64,000 nucleotides of DNA. It comes from Obrimoposthia wandeli (lineage: Eukaryota). Location: contig CDROCS010000755.1 of the NCBI GenBank assembly GCA_977020255.1, forward strand, positions 62,001 to 126,000. The letters run 5' to 3'. Position numbers and translations under genes: made by a program. The notes under the pieces were generated by a model. It saw nothing but the letters and a program-made list of their open reading frames with translations, made no database searches and was not told where the DNA came from. This document shows positions 36,242 to 50,119 of this stretch, piece by piece. Within the stretch, counting starts at the first letter, position 1. Each line of letters begins with the position of its first letter.

Positions 36242-37268
36242 TTAAAGGTTTAAACCCTCAGCTTTATACCTAAGAAAAATAAGAAAGAAAATATCTGAAA
36301 AGATGCCCTTATTTTTAATATTTATCAGGATAATTTGTAATAACAATGTATATAGAACTGAAATCTTAATTAACATAATGTTTGATTCTGTGTCATTACT
36401 GCATAACTTAAATCGTTCCATACACCATAAACCAGGTTCCTCAGTTCAGTGTCTTATAAGTAAAATATATGCCAATATAAATACCATGTTTTTGAAACTA
36501 AATTCTTCAAAAAACTATAACTAACGATAAATGGCCAGTGTCTTCTTTATCTAAGGCACAAAATCGATTATACAAACGTTGAATTTGTTTGTGAGAAACT
36601 GAAATGAAAAGCTGTAACAGATTTTAAGTTTAAAAAAATAACTAACAGCCAGTAGCGTCAGATAACTGACTAACTTCACTGTCAAGTAAATTCTTAGAAT
36701 TAGCACTTCCCATCAATTTCGAAACTTCTGAAAATATCTTTGAAATTTGCAATTATTTTTTAAGGTCAACGAATATTGAAACAAACTAACAATATTTTAT
36801 ATTTTATATATAATTTGTAAAATTAGAAGATTTAGAAATGAATAATTATTGCAACAATAACTGGGAATTAATTAATTTGTTTTAAAAAGTAATTATTGGA
36901 ATGAAAGATAACTTAAGGGAACAAACGTTTGAAAATTGTAACTACCAACGATCTGTATATTATTCGAAAGGTAATTAAGTTATAAAATGTTTAATATAAA
37001 ATTTAGCTTGTTAATAAGTACACAAATTATCATGCAGATATTATTATTTTACTTTTTCTAAATATTTATTGAAAATTTAATAGAGAAATAAAACAGATTG
37101 TTAGTTAAAACGGAATGACACTCGTTTGCTATGAGAGAAGAAATGATCATTTCAAGAACATTATATTATCGTTAATAAGTGAAGAAAAGTACCGTCACAT
37201 ACGTCACTATATTCTGTAAACAACCGTATTTACAGTTTTTTGACAGCTGAACTAACAAACTGAAATTT

Positions 37269-38779
37269 TGTTGGGGTTTCTATTTGAAAGGCTTTGATTC
37301 AGATAGATCCTCGTATGGAGGCCCCCAACGTGAGTTCTGTAGCAATAGGGCTTACAGATGTATGTGTGGCCTATTTAGATTTTATTTTACTTAATTTAGT
37401 CTCAAGTTTGAAGGCTTTTTGCACTAATGTATTGCGGGTATGTAAGGAGTTGTGTTTTGATTGCAGTTGCGTAGAGAGGGGTTTTCGTAGTACACCGAAG
37501 GGTTTCCGTTAATGTACGGTGGTGTATTTTGAGATTCGTACCTCTCTAGTCCTAGGTGGGGTCTTTCGAATTAACTCTACTTGATGTGTAGGAAAGAATG
37601 TATTAATTCACACTTAACTAAAAAGTGCTACAGACGACAATAACTTGTCCTACTACGCTCGGTTCGACGTGGCAAACAAGGATGACCTTAGCCTAACGTA
37701 TTGATTTGAATTTCTAGCTAGTGATTTCGAGTTTCGATTTTACGTCCTTAGTTGCTCGCTTCTCAAGTGGCTTCAACTTATCTAGGTCTTTTATTTAATT
37801 CAATACTTTTTGTTTTAATTATACAACCTTTACTGCTCGAAGTCTAAATAAATTTTGCTAAACGAATTCCCCACTGTTACGAATCAAATTCTAGACCCTA
37901 TAAATTTCAGTACTAAATTCAAGGACTACTTCAATGTTTTTACTAAATTGGTACGCTTTATCAATAAATTCCACTAGTAAATTCAAAAACTACTTCAATG
38001 TTTTTACTTGCAGACTCCTCTAACTCACTGCGATATATTAAGGATCGATTTGTTTCTTGGCGCTTGTCTGCAAAGTCTTGCTATTACTCTGTCGGAATCC
38101 TTGAGTCCAGAGTATCATCTGGTGCTGGTCTTCTGCGTATTTTCGGTTTAATATCGGTGCATGTTTTGCGTTTCCTGGCTTATCTATGTTACCTCTGTCA
38201 GAGTTCTCCTAGCGTAGATGATTTCACTTGCTTGCTTATAATGGAACTACTTTTCTAAGACTGCGCGCTTTACTTTCCAATTTGCTGTTTTATATATTTT
38301 TCTGAAAACTGTTTTTTCCTCAATTCAATTCTTCGCTCTGATGAGTTTCTGAGACTTGTTTCTCTTTAAATCTGCAAAGTGCTTTTCCTGGAGAAAATTA
38401 GTTAATTGCACTTAACTAAAAATCGCTTACTTCCAGATGATTAACGGCTGGGTTTGCTCCCAGATACTAAAAGAGTATGTCTGGCAGCTTGCTTAATTCC
38501 CAGCGAGTTGGTAAATTTATTTCCTTCTACGTTTTCTTTTTGGGATCAATTTAATTCTTCTTTCGTACTAATTAGTTTGTTGGACATTTATTTATTTTTT
38601 CTTTAAGTTTCCTATATACATCACATTATACACCTGACCTCTTCATGGTCCTAAATTACTTTTTTCTAATTTTATTTTAATTAACAAAATTTTAATTAAT
38701 TTATTTTATTTAACCTTAATTCAAGGTTATATTTATCCTACATATAGTTAAATTAATTTTATAATTCCCAATCTTAAAA
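37269..38779 (-). mobile_element. Long solo-LTR-like element, copy B (1.5 kb, inverted, more diverged)
   Basis: The + strand begins TGTTGGGGTTTCTA (reverse complement of the family 3' end) and contains GGCCCCCAACGTGAGTTC. The far end is degenerate, with TSD ATTT/ATTT if the boundary is 38779. Confidence 0.7.
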
Positions 38780-41700
38780 ATTTTATCAGATTCAACTGAC
38801 ACAATACATAAAATCGTGGGAATTGTTTTTCATGAAACCAGTAATAAACTGGTTTGGGACTGATCACTCTGTTTCAATTATGAACAGTTCATGAATAAAT
38901 GTTAATTTAAATTAAATATCAAAATGGCAATTATAACAATTAAATTGTTAAATTCTATAAGACACCAGAGCTATACAAAATGTTTAGACTATTATTTAAG
39001 ATGAAAAGCATAAATTTGAATTGAGCATTTACAAATTAATTCAAATGATTTATAAAGTTTCTTTACACCACAATATGTTTAAAATTCACTGCGATAATTA
39101 TCCGTACACTCAAAATCCTCAGAAATATATATAGATAATATAAATAAATCAAAATGTTAAATTAATATTTATATTATTATATATTTTATTATCGTTTTAA
39201 TTATCCTTCTAGTTATTATATTTTATTACATTATTTTAATAATAAGTAGGGTGTTGAATTCAATTCTGACAAAAAGTCAAAAAGTCAACAATTAATAACC
39301 CAGGAACTAAACAGACTTAACAGAAGAAATAACCCATTGCAACTAGAAAACTGTCCACAATAAATCACATTCAAGATATTATCAGTTTCAGTGTTCATCA
39401 TTCCTTCAGTTTAGATGCTTTATACAAAATACGGTGACGAATATAAATTTATTCATAAAGATTATTTTGTAATTTATAATTTAATATAATTGTTAAATAC
39501 AATATGAAAATTGAAGCCAATTGAACTCAAAATCTGACAAGCTTTCAATTATATTTGAATCAAATTCTTGATGTACACAGGACTTGAGTTTTCACTGGAC
39601 AAAAAGATTAGTCTAAATTAAAACCACATGATAATATAGATAAACTAGATATACATATACAAATATCTTTATAAATAAACACATTGAAAACATATAATGC
39701 TCAGATACACTTGTCCCATACTAGCCAATTCTAATAAAATTATTTGCATTTGATATAACAGAAACCTTAAGGAGATATTCCGTTCCGAAATGAACTTTAC
39801 CATTTATTTTACCTAAAATAAGATATATTTTCACAATTTGCTTAATATTTCTTTAGAATTCATATTTTCAAAATTGTTTAGGTTTTTTGTCAATTATACA
39901 GTTATGCCTATATACACAGTTATCCCGAAATGATTCCAGATTTCATTGTTCCTACAAACTTGTGCACTTCGGATTTGAAACGATAATTACAGTGATTTAT
40001 TATGACTTGCAGGTCAACTTCACTCTAAAGGATGTGAATGGAAAATGATTGTAGAGAAGCATAGAAAACGTGCAAAACATCCTTTCATACAAAGGTATTA
40101 ATTCTAATTTGAATATTAATTTATTCGAATGTAGAAAATTCAAATGGAGTGTTTTCGTATTTCAGAAAAACATACTTACTGTAAACCAGATCCCGAAATG
40201 ATTCCAGATTTCATTGTTCCTACAAACTTGTGCACTTCGGATTTAAAACGATATGTACAGTGAATTATTTACTGCAGAAAAAGTACCAATATCAGAATTA
40301 CCTTAATTTATTAACAAACATACTTTGTAAACGTTGGCAGACAAAAATAGAACCGAACTTCCGAAACAAAGAAACATTTTTGGTTTTTAAAATAAATATA
40401 AAGTGTATAATTTCTTATGATTTCTTCTATTTCTTTCTCTCATTATTTTTTTCCCACTTATTAGTAGAATAAACAATCTAATATAACTTATGTATATTTT
40501 AAAGGATCCTCATGTACGAATCATATAAAAGTACTATTTAAATGTAACTTAATAAAACTTAAAAGAAAAATATTTGAGTTAAGTAAAGAATTCGTAAGTA
40601 AGAATAATAATAAACAAATTTAGTTGATTTAATATATGTAACTGATCTGAATATAATTTTTTTAAATGATACATTTAAAATGGAATCAAATCATAGTTTT
40701 CGAAAGTCCAAATAGAAATACGACCTTCAAGTTGTTCAGTTAACACTTGTAAAAATTAATATGAATGTAATGGCTTATTCGACGAGTTACAAGGACAAGT
40801 TAAGTCGATTACAAGCGAGAAACCAATTTATCAGTGAAGACTGATAGTTCAGCACGATTCACTTTCAACTGAAAGCTAACATATATATTCAGTACCTACT
40901 GACAAATTAACTCGCAGGTATCGACAAAAATATTTACGAAGTATAAAATTTTCTTTACAACTAACATTTATGCATTTGAGCAGGTTTCACACACTAAAAT
41001 ATATCAATAGTGTAGATCAATTACGATTATAAAACTGATGTACTACAATTGTGCTGAAAACAAGTAAATTGTAAATGCAAATCATCTCAATGGCACACCC
41101 AAAGAGATCTATACCAGTCAGGGTGTAAGGGTTGATAGCAAGATAGGTAATGCAGATAAATCGTATAAAAAACATGGACGTTGAGTTGGAATGGTGTAGT
41201 CACCGTTATAAATTCGTTTCATCTGAAAAGTCTTCTTATGCTGCGGTGTGGTCCTGGGTTTTTCCAGACAAATTGCGAAACTTCACTCGATTTTGTTGAT
41301 CTATGCGTATTCAATTCGATTTTCGTACCACAACGCAAAAAAAGTCTAATAGCTTTAAAAGGAAATATTGAAAGACTTTCATTAATAAAATATATTGACG
41401 TTCGAAAATATATGTTTTATTTAATATAGAGTTTAATTTTAAGTTCTAATAACAAACTGAAGTGTATTGTCAAAATAATTTTCAAGAAAATATCATGTTA
41501 TATCAGCTATCAGACATTGTCTATAAATCTAATCTTAAATTGAATCAAAAAATCATCTTTCATAATTTTAGAAATGGCTTTTAATGACGTTTACATGTTA
41601 TGAACAATACACTTTATTTATGTATGAAAGACGGATTTTAAATTATTTTTATAGGTTAGATTACAGATTTAATATTATATGAAAATATATTCAAAGTTTT

Positions 41701-42724
41701 ATATAAAATTAATAATGTTTGCTAATATATTATATATTTTGTTTATAATAAAACTTTGTTTTTTTTCTTATTTGTATCTCAATTTTTGTTTACATTTTTT
41801 TAAATTATACAAATATTTTTGATTAACAATAATTACATTTTTATACTAAATATTTTAAATATATGTCAACTTTAATAAATTTAAATAAAATAATATTCAT
41901 ATGATAACTGATATTTTTGTATTAATTTTAATTTGTCACATTTCACATCAAAAAGTTGTCAGTGAAAACTCGAGTCCTGAATGTACATGGAAGCGTTTAA
42001 AATTTGAAGCAGCTTTCCATTCTATTACGCATTCAGAATTTACATATATTCAATGAAGTTTTTTGAAGCACATAAATTTCGAGTGAATACTACATAAACA
42101 TATATCACAACAGTATATTTTGTGAATTCATCGCTAGGTAAATATTTGAGATATAATGATGAAAACTAAGAGAAAATTATTTAACTTTTAAATATTAAAT
42201 GAATTGTATAAAAATTATTCTAAAAAAACGAGTAAAAGTATTATAAGTGCCTCAAATATTATTTTAATATTTTAAGTTAAAACAATATTGTCTCTAACTT
42301 ATTTAATATATTTCACATTTTTAAATAACAAAAATAAGCATTTCATTTCAAATATTACAAACTTTAAACAAGATTTAATCTTTTCTTTTACTAATTTCTC
42401 TTTTAATTTACATTTTTATCGAATATTAAGTTTAGCTTTATCGTCAATTTAATATAAGTTTAACTATAAAATTCCTTTGAGTAATATTGAAGGATCCACC
42501 ATGTTATTATTTCCTTGTAAATGTATGTTCAAAGTATAATTTGTTGTATATCATAATTCTGTAACATTTTTCAGATGTCAAGCAAATATTTTTTCATAAA
42601 TGTAAAACAGAATATCTTTCCCCATGGGATCTGTCTAGACAATAAAATATTCTAAATGGAGGCAATTTGATAATTGTACATTATGTATAACCTACGAAAT
42701 ATGAAGCAAAGGTTTAGTAAAAAT

Positions 42725-42850
42725 TTTGTATGGATGGTCATTAATTTTTACATCGACGGTCATAAAATTTTGCCGGATGGTCATTATATTTTGCATGGAT
42801 GATGATTAAATTTTTCATGGATGGTCATTAAATATTGCATGTACGGTTAA
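42725..42850. repeat. Degenerate ~23-bp tandem repeat (TTTTGCATGGATGGTCATTAAAT)
   Basis: About five diverged copies read directly. Confidence 0.7.
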
Positions 42851-43106
42851 TAATTAATTACAATAAAATGTGTTAATATTGGATAATATTCTACATTGTT
42901 TAAAACCTATAAAATATAAAACAAATATTTAGTGAAAATCAGTCCGATTCTGCCTCTCACACATAGGGAATGTGAAAATGATGATACAGAGGCACGAAAC
43001 ATCAGTTTAGGGAGGGGAACCAATAGAAGAGGGAACTATCCGGATAGTGCATTTGACTGTTGTCCTGGTTGCTGTTGTTATTGTTGCTGTAGAGACAAGA
43101 GCTCAC

Positions 43107-43200
43107 AATTCTCTCTCTCATCGACGAGAAGCCAGTCTAAAATGTGCACGCTGACATCATATCGTCAAAGCTAACATATGACAGTTACTCCGTCACCCAT
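43107..43200 (-). CDS. Candidate first two coding exons of a minus-strand gene (MGDG | TGFSSMRERI), possibly the CHP 5' end
   Basis: ATGGGTGACGGA|GTAACT ... 52-nt intron ... TTTTAG|30-nt exon|GTGAGC. TGFS recalls CHP ETGFS, but the alignment is weak and the exon lies 15 kb from the next CHP exon. Confidence 0.3.
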
Positions 43201-45603
43201 ATTCAGAATCAGCTTGACTTTGACGTTTTCTAATGACAAAACTAATTAATAAATCCTAAATCTGTATCTTTTTTATTCATTCTTACTTCATCTCTGATAA
43301 CACTAAAATTGACTGCACAATTCTGATCGCATTATATATAAAATCACAACTGTCAAAATCATTCATGTCTGACTATTATAAAGCCAGGCACTCACACAAA
43401 TACTAGTGTGATACAAAGCACTTTAATGTTCATAACATTTCTCTGGCTGACTTTGGGTTTATAATTGTTAAGATCAATATTTAAACTAATTGATGATTAA
43501 GCAAAATTTGCCTAATAATCAATTAGTAATCAACATACCTCCATAACCAAGACCGATATTAACAATACCGACATCAACAAGACCTCCATCGCCCAAGACC
43601 GACATCAACAAGACCACCAAAGCTCTCAACTGAGCAAAATATCCAACAACTGCCAGACTCATTGCCCTCCTGTATCACAAGAAAGCAGTTCCACTACCAT
43701 ATCAAGCGACACAAACAAAATATTGGTATTATCATGTTCTTCTCTTTTACAAATATTTTAGGTACTGATGGAACCGTCTTCGCCAAAATATAACTTGGTA
43801 AATCTTACTTAATTAAGTTTCTCATTGTGAATTGAATGTCATGTAGCCTCAACTATCCTTGTCTTCGCTCTTTCTTTGGGGTTCGACATTTGGAGATGAA
43901 ACCTGTTATCAGGCTTTAATTAATTTTAACTTTTGAAACTCCAAAAACGTTTCAATCTTCAAATAATTTCTACTAACACTTGTTTCAGTGGTAAAAATAT
44001 ATATCTTTTGATTTTGTTGACGCAATCTCATTCAGTAAATTGAAGACTTATTGGCAAATTTTCTGTTGTTTTTATTCAGATTTCAGTTTCCTTCCACCAT
44101 CGTTTACTTTCAGCAAGTTCTAGTGCCATCTCTTCGTGGCAGTACATCTCCAGAATTTTTCTTTTTTGAAACCTAACTATACTGATTATATTATTTCACC
44201 TCCTGAAGGATTCCCACTTGATTTGGTACGAATGATTTACAATCCCGATTTGTTTAATCCACAAATAATTCAACCATGTTCAATATCTTTCACCAACTTT
44301 TAGATTTCTGACATGCCACTGCATATATATTTTCTCTAAGTCTTATAAGTATCTTAGTCAAGTCACATTGTAATTTTGACCCCAATGAATCATGTCATTC
44401 AGATATTCTCCTCAGCTCGTCACCGTTGCGTCATAAGCAATTCAAACAGGTGTTTTTTTGTCTCAACGTATTGCAGGTACACGTGGTAAATACCAACGAG
44501 TATTTTGTTGTTCTTCATTGTTCAATAACCGAATATATCTTGTTTAGCTTCTTCTGATCTTACTTTGTCATATTTCTCTTTTAGTTGTTTATCTATAGTC
44601 AGTCTTCTTTGAAAACTGTGTAATCTTTTCATAGCAATTTTTTCTTTTACTTTTCATTCACTGACAATTTTTACCCCGGAATTTTGACCTTAAATAGCGT
44701 CAACTGAACTTTCATAGTCTTTAAACTTCGAAATATAATTCTTTATCTTGTTTATTCAATTCATAATCATTGCTGGGTATTTTTTCGACTTTTCAAAATT
44801 GTCTTAACTGATGACTCAATTCAGTATTTGTTAAAAATGTTTGAATACAATTTGTTTTGTTTACCTTTCTTTCCTGTCTCAACTTTCCCAATACATTTTC
44901 ATTAATGAAGTTTTCTTAGGGTTGGTCACTTTTATCTCTATGTTCCTTTATACAAATGTGCATCTCCATTATATCTGCACCTACGAGTATCTCCATAACC
45001 TTTTCACTATTTACTGACAGAAAAGTAATATTCCTCAAATGTGGCTAACTCTGATTTATTTCAGATATACCTTTGAATTTTAGATTTATGTTCCCGTCTT
45101 ATATAGGGAATGCAGTTTTTAAAAATCCTAAAGACCTTTCCAGATTCTCAATCTTAAATTATACTGTTTTACTATTCATATGTTTCACTATTATCCCAAT
45201 TAATTTGATTGGGAAGTTACTTTTACTCTGCCTTATCCTAAATTATCTGCCACGACTGGGCTTATATAACAATAAAACAATAATTTTCATTTTCTTACTT
45301 CCATTTTTAATGATCACTGGAATGATTTACCAAAGTTACCATCATTTTCTGTTAAACCTGCTAATACGTCATATATATATGGGTGTCCAATTTTTGTATT
45401 TTTGTTGGAATTTCGCAGTGTATTTCACTATAAGTGCCGTTTTTAATGTAGATTATGAATCTGTAAAGAAATTCAAAAAATTACAATATTTAGTCAACCC
45501 CAAATTTTACAAAAATAAATCAATAAAACACACCAAAATATATTTTATATTTTTATTGCATCCAATTCATTCACCGATTATTTTAAAATTAACATAAATA
45601 TAT

Positions 45604-46600
45604 TTAACAGTAATTATTAAATTTCATAGTGCACCTATTTTCTAAAACTTCAACTGTTTTTGAGAAAGAAATCAACTCATCCATGGTCTTTATAGCCCTT
45701 TCAGCAATCTCATTGGTATATGCGATTTCCAAATTTACGTGATTTGTTTTTTTTTCCAAGCACTTCATTGCTTTTTTGTATTTAGGCTGATGTTCCTGAC
45801 CAAGAGCTGTTTCCAATAATCCCCACCATGCTACTTAACTATATCGACAATTAAACCAACAAGGGCCCCAAGCTTCACTAACAAAATTGCACACTTCTAC
45901 AACTCTAGCACCCGATCTACATTCATCAAATATGCTTTTCATAAATAAATAGCTTTTGCATTCCATCTTGCTTTACTGATTGATCCTGGCTTTTTAAAAT
46001 TAATAATTATACGCCTCTTATACACATATCAAGTCATTACGCCATCTCCACACACAGTGGAGTCATATTCGATAGGCTGTTCACCTACATATGGTTATTT
46101 TATAGATGTGTAGTTTTTCCTAACTTTATTAATAAAATCATATTCCAGAAAAGGCGATGATGAATTAGTTGAAAATTTAAACTCGAATACATGTTTCAAC
46201 ACAAGATCCAATATGTGAAATATACAACCTTCATAACGAATGTTAGTCAATTGATTTTGATAAGATTTTACAGCTCTGCGAATCTCAGTGTTTGCATATG
46301 TAGTATCGCACATTATCATCACGATTTTTTAGTTAAATTTTCCATTATGAAAAGTCTTAAATGCCAATAATTTTAAGTAATTTTTTCCAGAAACGCAAAT
46401 CACTAATCTTTCTACCATTTTACAAATGCATTTATCAAAATTTCGTTTACCATCAAAGTGTATAAATAATGTATATATAATTTCTAAAATACACCAAACT
46501 GACTGGCGAAAAAATTCGATTAAAAAGTAACACTCAAGACACAGAAAGTTGATTTTTGACCATTGCCTGATAAATATACACACAGTAGGACTTTCTTGTT
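45604..46600 (-). pseudogene. hAT-like (hATm-type) transposase remnant
   Basis: CDTTYANT, GCIFHILDLVLKHVF and YTNEIAERAIKTM resemble the DTTxxNTG, CxxHxLEL and TNxxAERxIK motifs. Confidence 0.55.
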
Positions 46601-46659
46601 AATGTACTACGTACTGTTGCCTGGGTGCCTGTACAAAAGCAAAAGCCCAGTCTCCATAG

Positions 46660-46990
46660 GCTTATCCAGGCTCGTCCTCGCCACGGCTTGAGAGATCTGC
46701 AGGGTTCTGTTTTGTAGGCACGAATTGGACTCTGGTGTCCTTAAGAGTGGTCAGTGCTTGTACTGCGATGAGAGTACCCAGAGATGCACTTGTTTCTGCC
46801 CATCCAGACAAAAGCCATGTTGTCACACAGGATAGTGTATTGTCTCTGAGTTAGGTACATGGAACAAATAAAAGCTTTGGTCTCCTGAATAAGGATGTTA
46901 TCTTTCAGCATTCTCCATGCGAGGGCGGTGAAACAGAATGGCTTCGTTTGGACTGCTGCAACTGTTTCTTCTGTGGCATCCGATGCAGAG
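46660..46990 (-). pseudogene. Retrotransposon RNase H remnant (DIRS-like, or BEL)
   Basis: ASDA..., IQETKAF, TILCDNMAFV and QFVPTKQNPADLSSRG give the D-E-D-D RNase H pattern; one frameshift. Confidence 0.5.
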
Positions 46991-47149
46991 ACTTATACCA
47001 ACTATACCGGTGAAAAACAAAGAAAATAATTTTTAAGTTTGTTGTTGCGAGTGTTCACCCCTTAGGTTTTGTTTGTCCGTTAATTATGCGATCAAAAATC
47101 ATTCTGCTGAAATTGTGAATTTTGGATGTTGGTTAAAATGAGACAGTTG

Positions 47150-49200
47150 AGACAAACATTGAACAAAAAGTGAAAGATAGGATCGAGGATTGTAAATTGT
47201 TAGACAAGATGGTTACTTCAAGATGTTCAATACAAAATATGGACACAGACTTTCAACTGCTTATTTTTACAGATGCCTTAAAAGATGCTTACGGAGCAGT
47301 TGCGTACATTTGACAAAAGGACGACTGATTTCGTTCAGAATTTGTTGCGTCTGGGTTAAAGTTGTCGCCACTCAAAGGTATGAGTATCCCTAGACTCAAA
47401 TTGATGGCGACAAGTGTTATAGTAAAATTAGCAAAACGAATACTAGTAGCCTTACAGTGGAGATGTTTTGTGGTCAGTGAAGCAGCAAGAAAAGCGGTTC
47501 AAACCTTTCCTAACAAACACAGTTGGAATCATTCAGGTAGAGACAAACGTAAGTGAATGGAGATATGTGTCAAAAATAGAAAACCCTGTTGACATTTTAT
47601 CAAGAGAATAAACTGTGAAATAATGTGCAAAAAGTACGTTTTTGGGAAGAGGATCGAGGTTTTTGATAGAAGAAGAAAAAATTTGGCCGGAGTGTCTTAG
47701 CTTCAAAAACAAAAGAGAAATGTGAGAAACAAGCAAGCTTTCTGATAATGTACTTAGCACGTAAAATAAGGTGATTTGTTGTAAAGACAAGCTGTTTCAA
47801 ACCAGAAACATTATCTTGCTTTAGATGGTTAGAAAGAGTGAGAGCACATGTGCACATGTTTATGTACAACTGTTGAGTGTCGGATGAAGAAGTATACTAA
47901 GAGTTATCAGTAGAAGATACATTAGATGTGTAGGTTGACTTGATCTGAGAATATCAAAAGGAGTTTGTTGAGCAGAAAATTAAGTGGCTATCAGGGTAAA
48001 TCAATTGAAAGAAGTAATGTTGTTTTGAATTTAAATCCTGTGTTGTATGAAGACGGTTTCTCTATAATAAATTTAGAATGTTCGAGCTACGATGTTCGCT
48101 ATCCTATGATTTGACCCTAAATATGCGATTTGGGATATTTGTTAGTTAATAAGGTTCACAAAACATTGAAGTATTGTGGTGGCCATATCATGTTCTAAAC
48201 GATATCCAGTCGAGTTATTGAATTCCAAATGTTCGAAGATTGATTGTAGAAGTGGGAAATAAGTTTGAGATATGAAAAGAATTACACCAAAGGGAATGTC
48301 GCAGATGATGGTGTCGGTGCCGAGTTCCTCCTTTTGAGAGCCTCTTCGACTGTTTGCTAAAGTAAGTTTTGATTTCGCAAAACTAATAGTGACAATCTAA
48401 AAAAGAAACTGCTCAGGCAAAACGTTACATGTTTTTATTTACTTATCTTCAGGTGCGTGCAGTCTATTTAGAGTTGGCACAGGGTCTCGACATTGAGGTG
48501 TTTTTGAGAGCATTCAAGATATCTGCATTTTAATGTAATCGTCCAGAATTCGTCAGACAATGGGAAATTTTCTTAGGAGCTCAGAAAGAGGTAAAAAGGT
48601 TTGTGATCGACAACTATTCGGTACAAAAACATCTTGCAGAACATCAGGTTCGTCAGCTTGTTCAATCTGTTGTAGTCGTCGTATTTTTGTTGAGTGTTTG
48701 AAACCATGATAAAGTCTGTTAAGCATGCTTTGTAGAACGTTTTTGTGAATACAGAGATGACAGCTGAAGAATTGTATATTGTTTTGCTTTAGGTGCAGTT
48801 TTCAGTAAATTCACGACTGATAGGTCAGCATGGTGCTGAGTCAAGGGAATGTGAAGCTCTAATATCAAATCATTTTGATTACAGTGGGAGTTTGGAGTGC
48901 GCATTGATAATGGAGAGGAACATTTGGGTGAGGTAAAGATGAAGATGAATGTAATAATGGTTGACTTATGTGTCGACTGAGCCGATTGAAGAGATCAAGC
49001 ATAGAAGAAGACCAAGGCATATTTTGTCATTGGAGATGTTGTGTTGGTGTTAAATAAGAAAAATGAACGTGGAATGTTGCCTTTTGGAAGAATTGAGTGA
49101 CATATTTAAAGAGCGACGAAGGTAAAGGTATAGGAACTGTATGTATGTTCTAGTATCATATGTGTCGAGTTGATTATTTGCGCATCTGAGGAGTGAGTGT
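47150..49200 (+). mobile_element. BEL/Pao LTR retrotransposon pol remnant (RNase H to integrase)
   Basis: IFTDALKDAYGAVAYI, SPLKGMSIPRLKLMA, RLFAKVSFDFA and VRAVYLELAQGLDIEVFLRAF; many stops. Confidence 0.85.
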
Positions 49201-50119
49201 CGAGGTCACTCATGTGCAAGTTTTCAAGGGTATTACAGCGAAAGTACCATGTGGCTGGACGATTCTTGCGATGTGTCCCTCATTTTACAGAGATCGGGCT
49301 ACTTGATAGGTTTCTTTTGCTATGTAAGTATGGTTTGGCTCAGTTTGTCATTTTGGCTGAGGTGGACATTCATGGGAGTTTCATGTGTAAAAATTTAATT
49401 GTGTAATGTCTATAAGTGTTACGTTGTGTTACAGCAATGAGTGTCGAGTGAGTGTTGATTTTAATTTGTGAGATATATGGAAACAATTATTTCTCCTCGA
49501 CGCTCGCAATTCAGTTTCCGTGTGGGTTTCGAATGTCTGATGTTGTTGTGTTGCAGATGTTGTCCCCGAAGCTGATATTGCCACCATCATTTGTCTGTTT
49601 GAAAGATCATATCTTAGAAGGAACTTGTATATCAGGAACAATACACCAGCAAGACCAAGTTTCATTGTATATTGAAAATATTTTTAAGAAATATCTATAT
49701 TACGGTGTATTAGCCGATAATTATCCTACTCTTGGCCTTCTCAACCCCTGTTTTGAATCTAATGGATTTTTTCATGTACACTGTCTAAGAGAACAAAATG
49801 GACAATTTTGAGCTTCTTAAGGGAGTGATTAAAAGTACATGGATGAAATTAAGGGTGAGATGTTAGAAAATGTGGTAAGTTGTGTACCCAAATATTTTAA
49901 GCGTGTCAAATAACAAATTGGAACATAAATTATAACGCTTTTATTTTCTTTATATTGTAATAAATCATGTTGTAAAATCTTTTTCACAATGTATTTTAAT
50001 TTTTTTGACCACATTGTATATATTTTATTAGTTTACATTAATGTAAATCATGGGATGTTTGATAATTGCGTAGGAGCTGCATCATGAATATTGAATCGAT
50101 TTATATTTTGATATCGGTT

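Noticed and set aside
38338-38345. Hammerhead ribozyme core (CTGATGAG) in LTR copy B; also seen at 60380
   Set aside because: No properly placed GAAA and stem II/III could be built by eye, and the motif is not conserved in the other LTR copies.
43700-45000. Possible retrotransposon pol remnant on the - strand
   Set aside because: Only ambiguous motif fragments that fit Gypsy or BEL equally poorly; not supportable without a search.
45073-45597. 174-aa hydrophobic ORF as a membrane protein
   Set aside because: It has AT-rich F/I/L/Y/N/K composition typical of chance or antisense frames, a non-ATG start and no motif.
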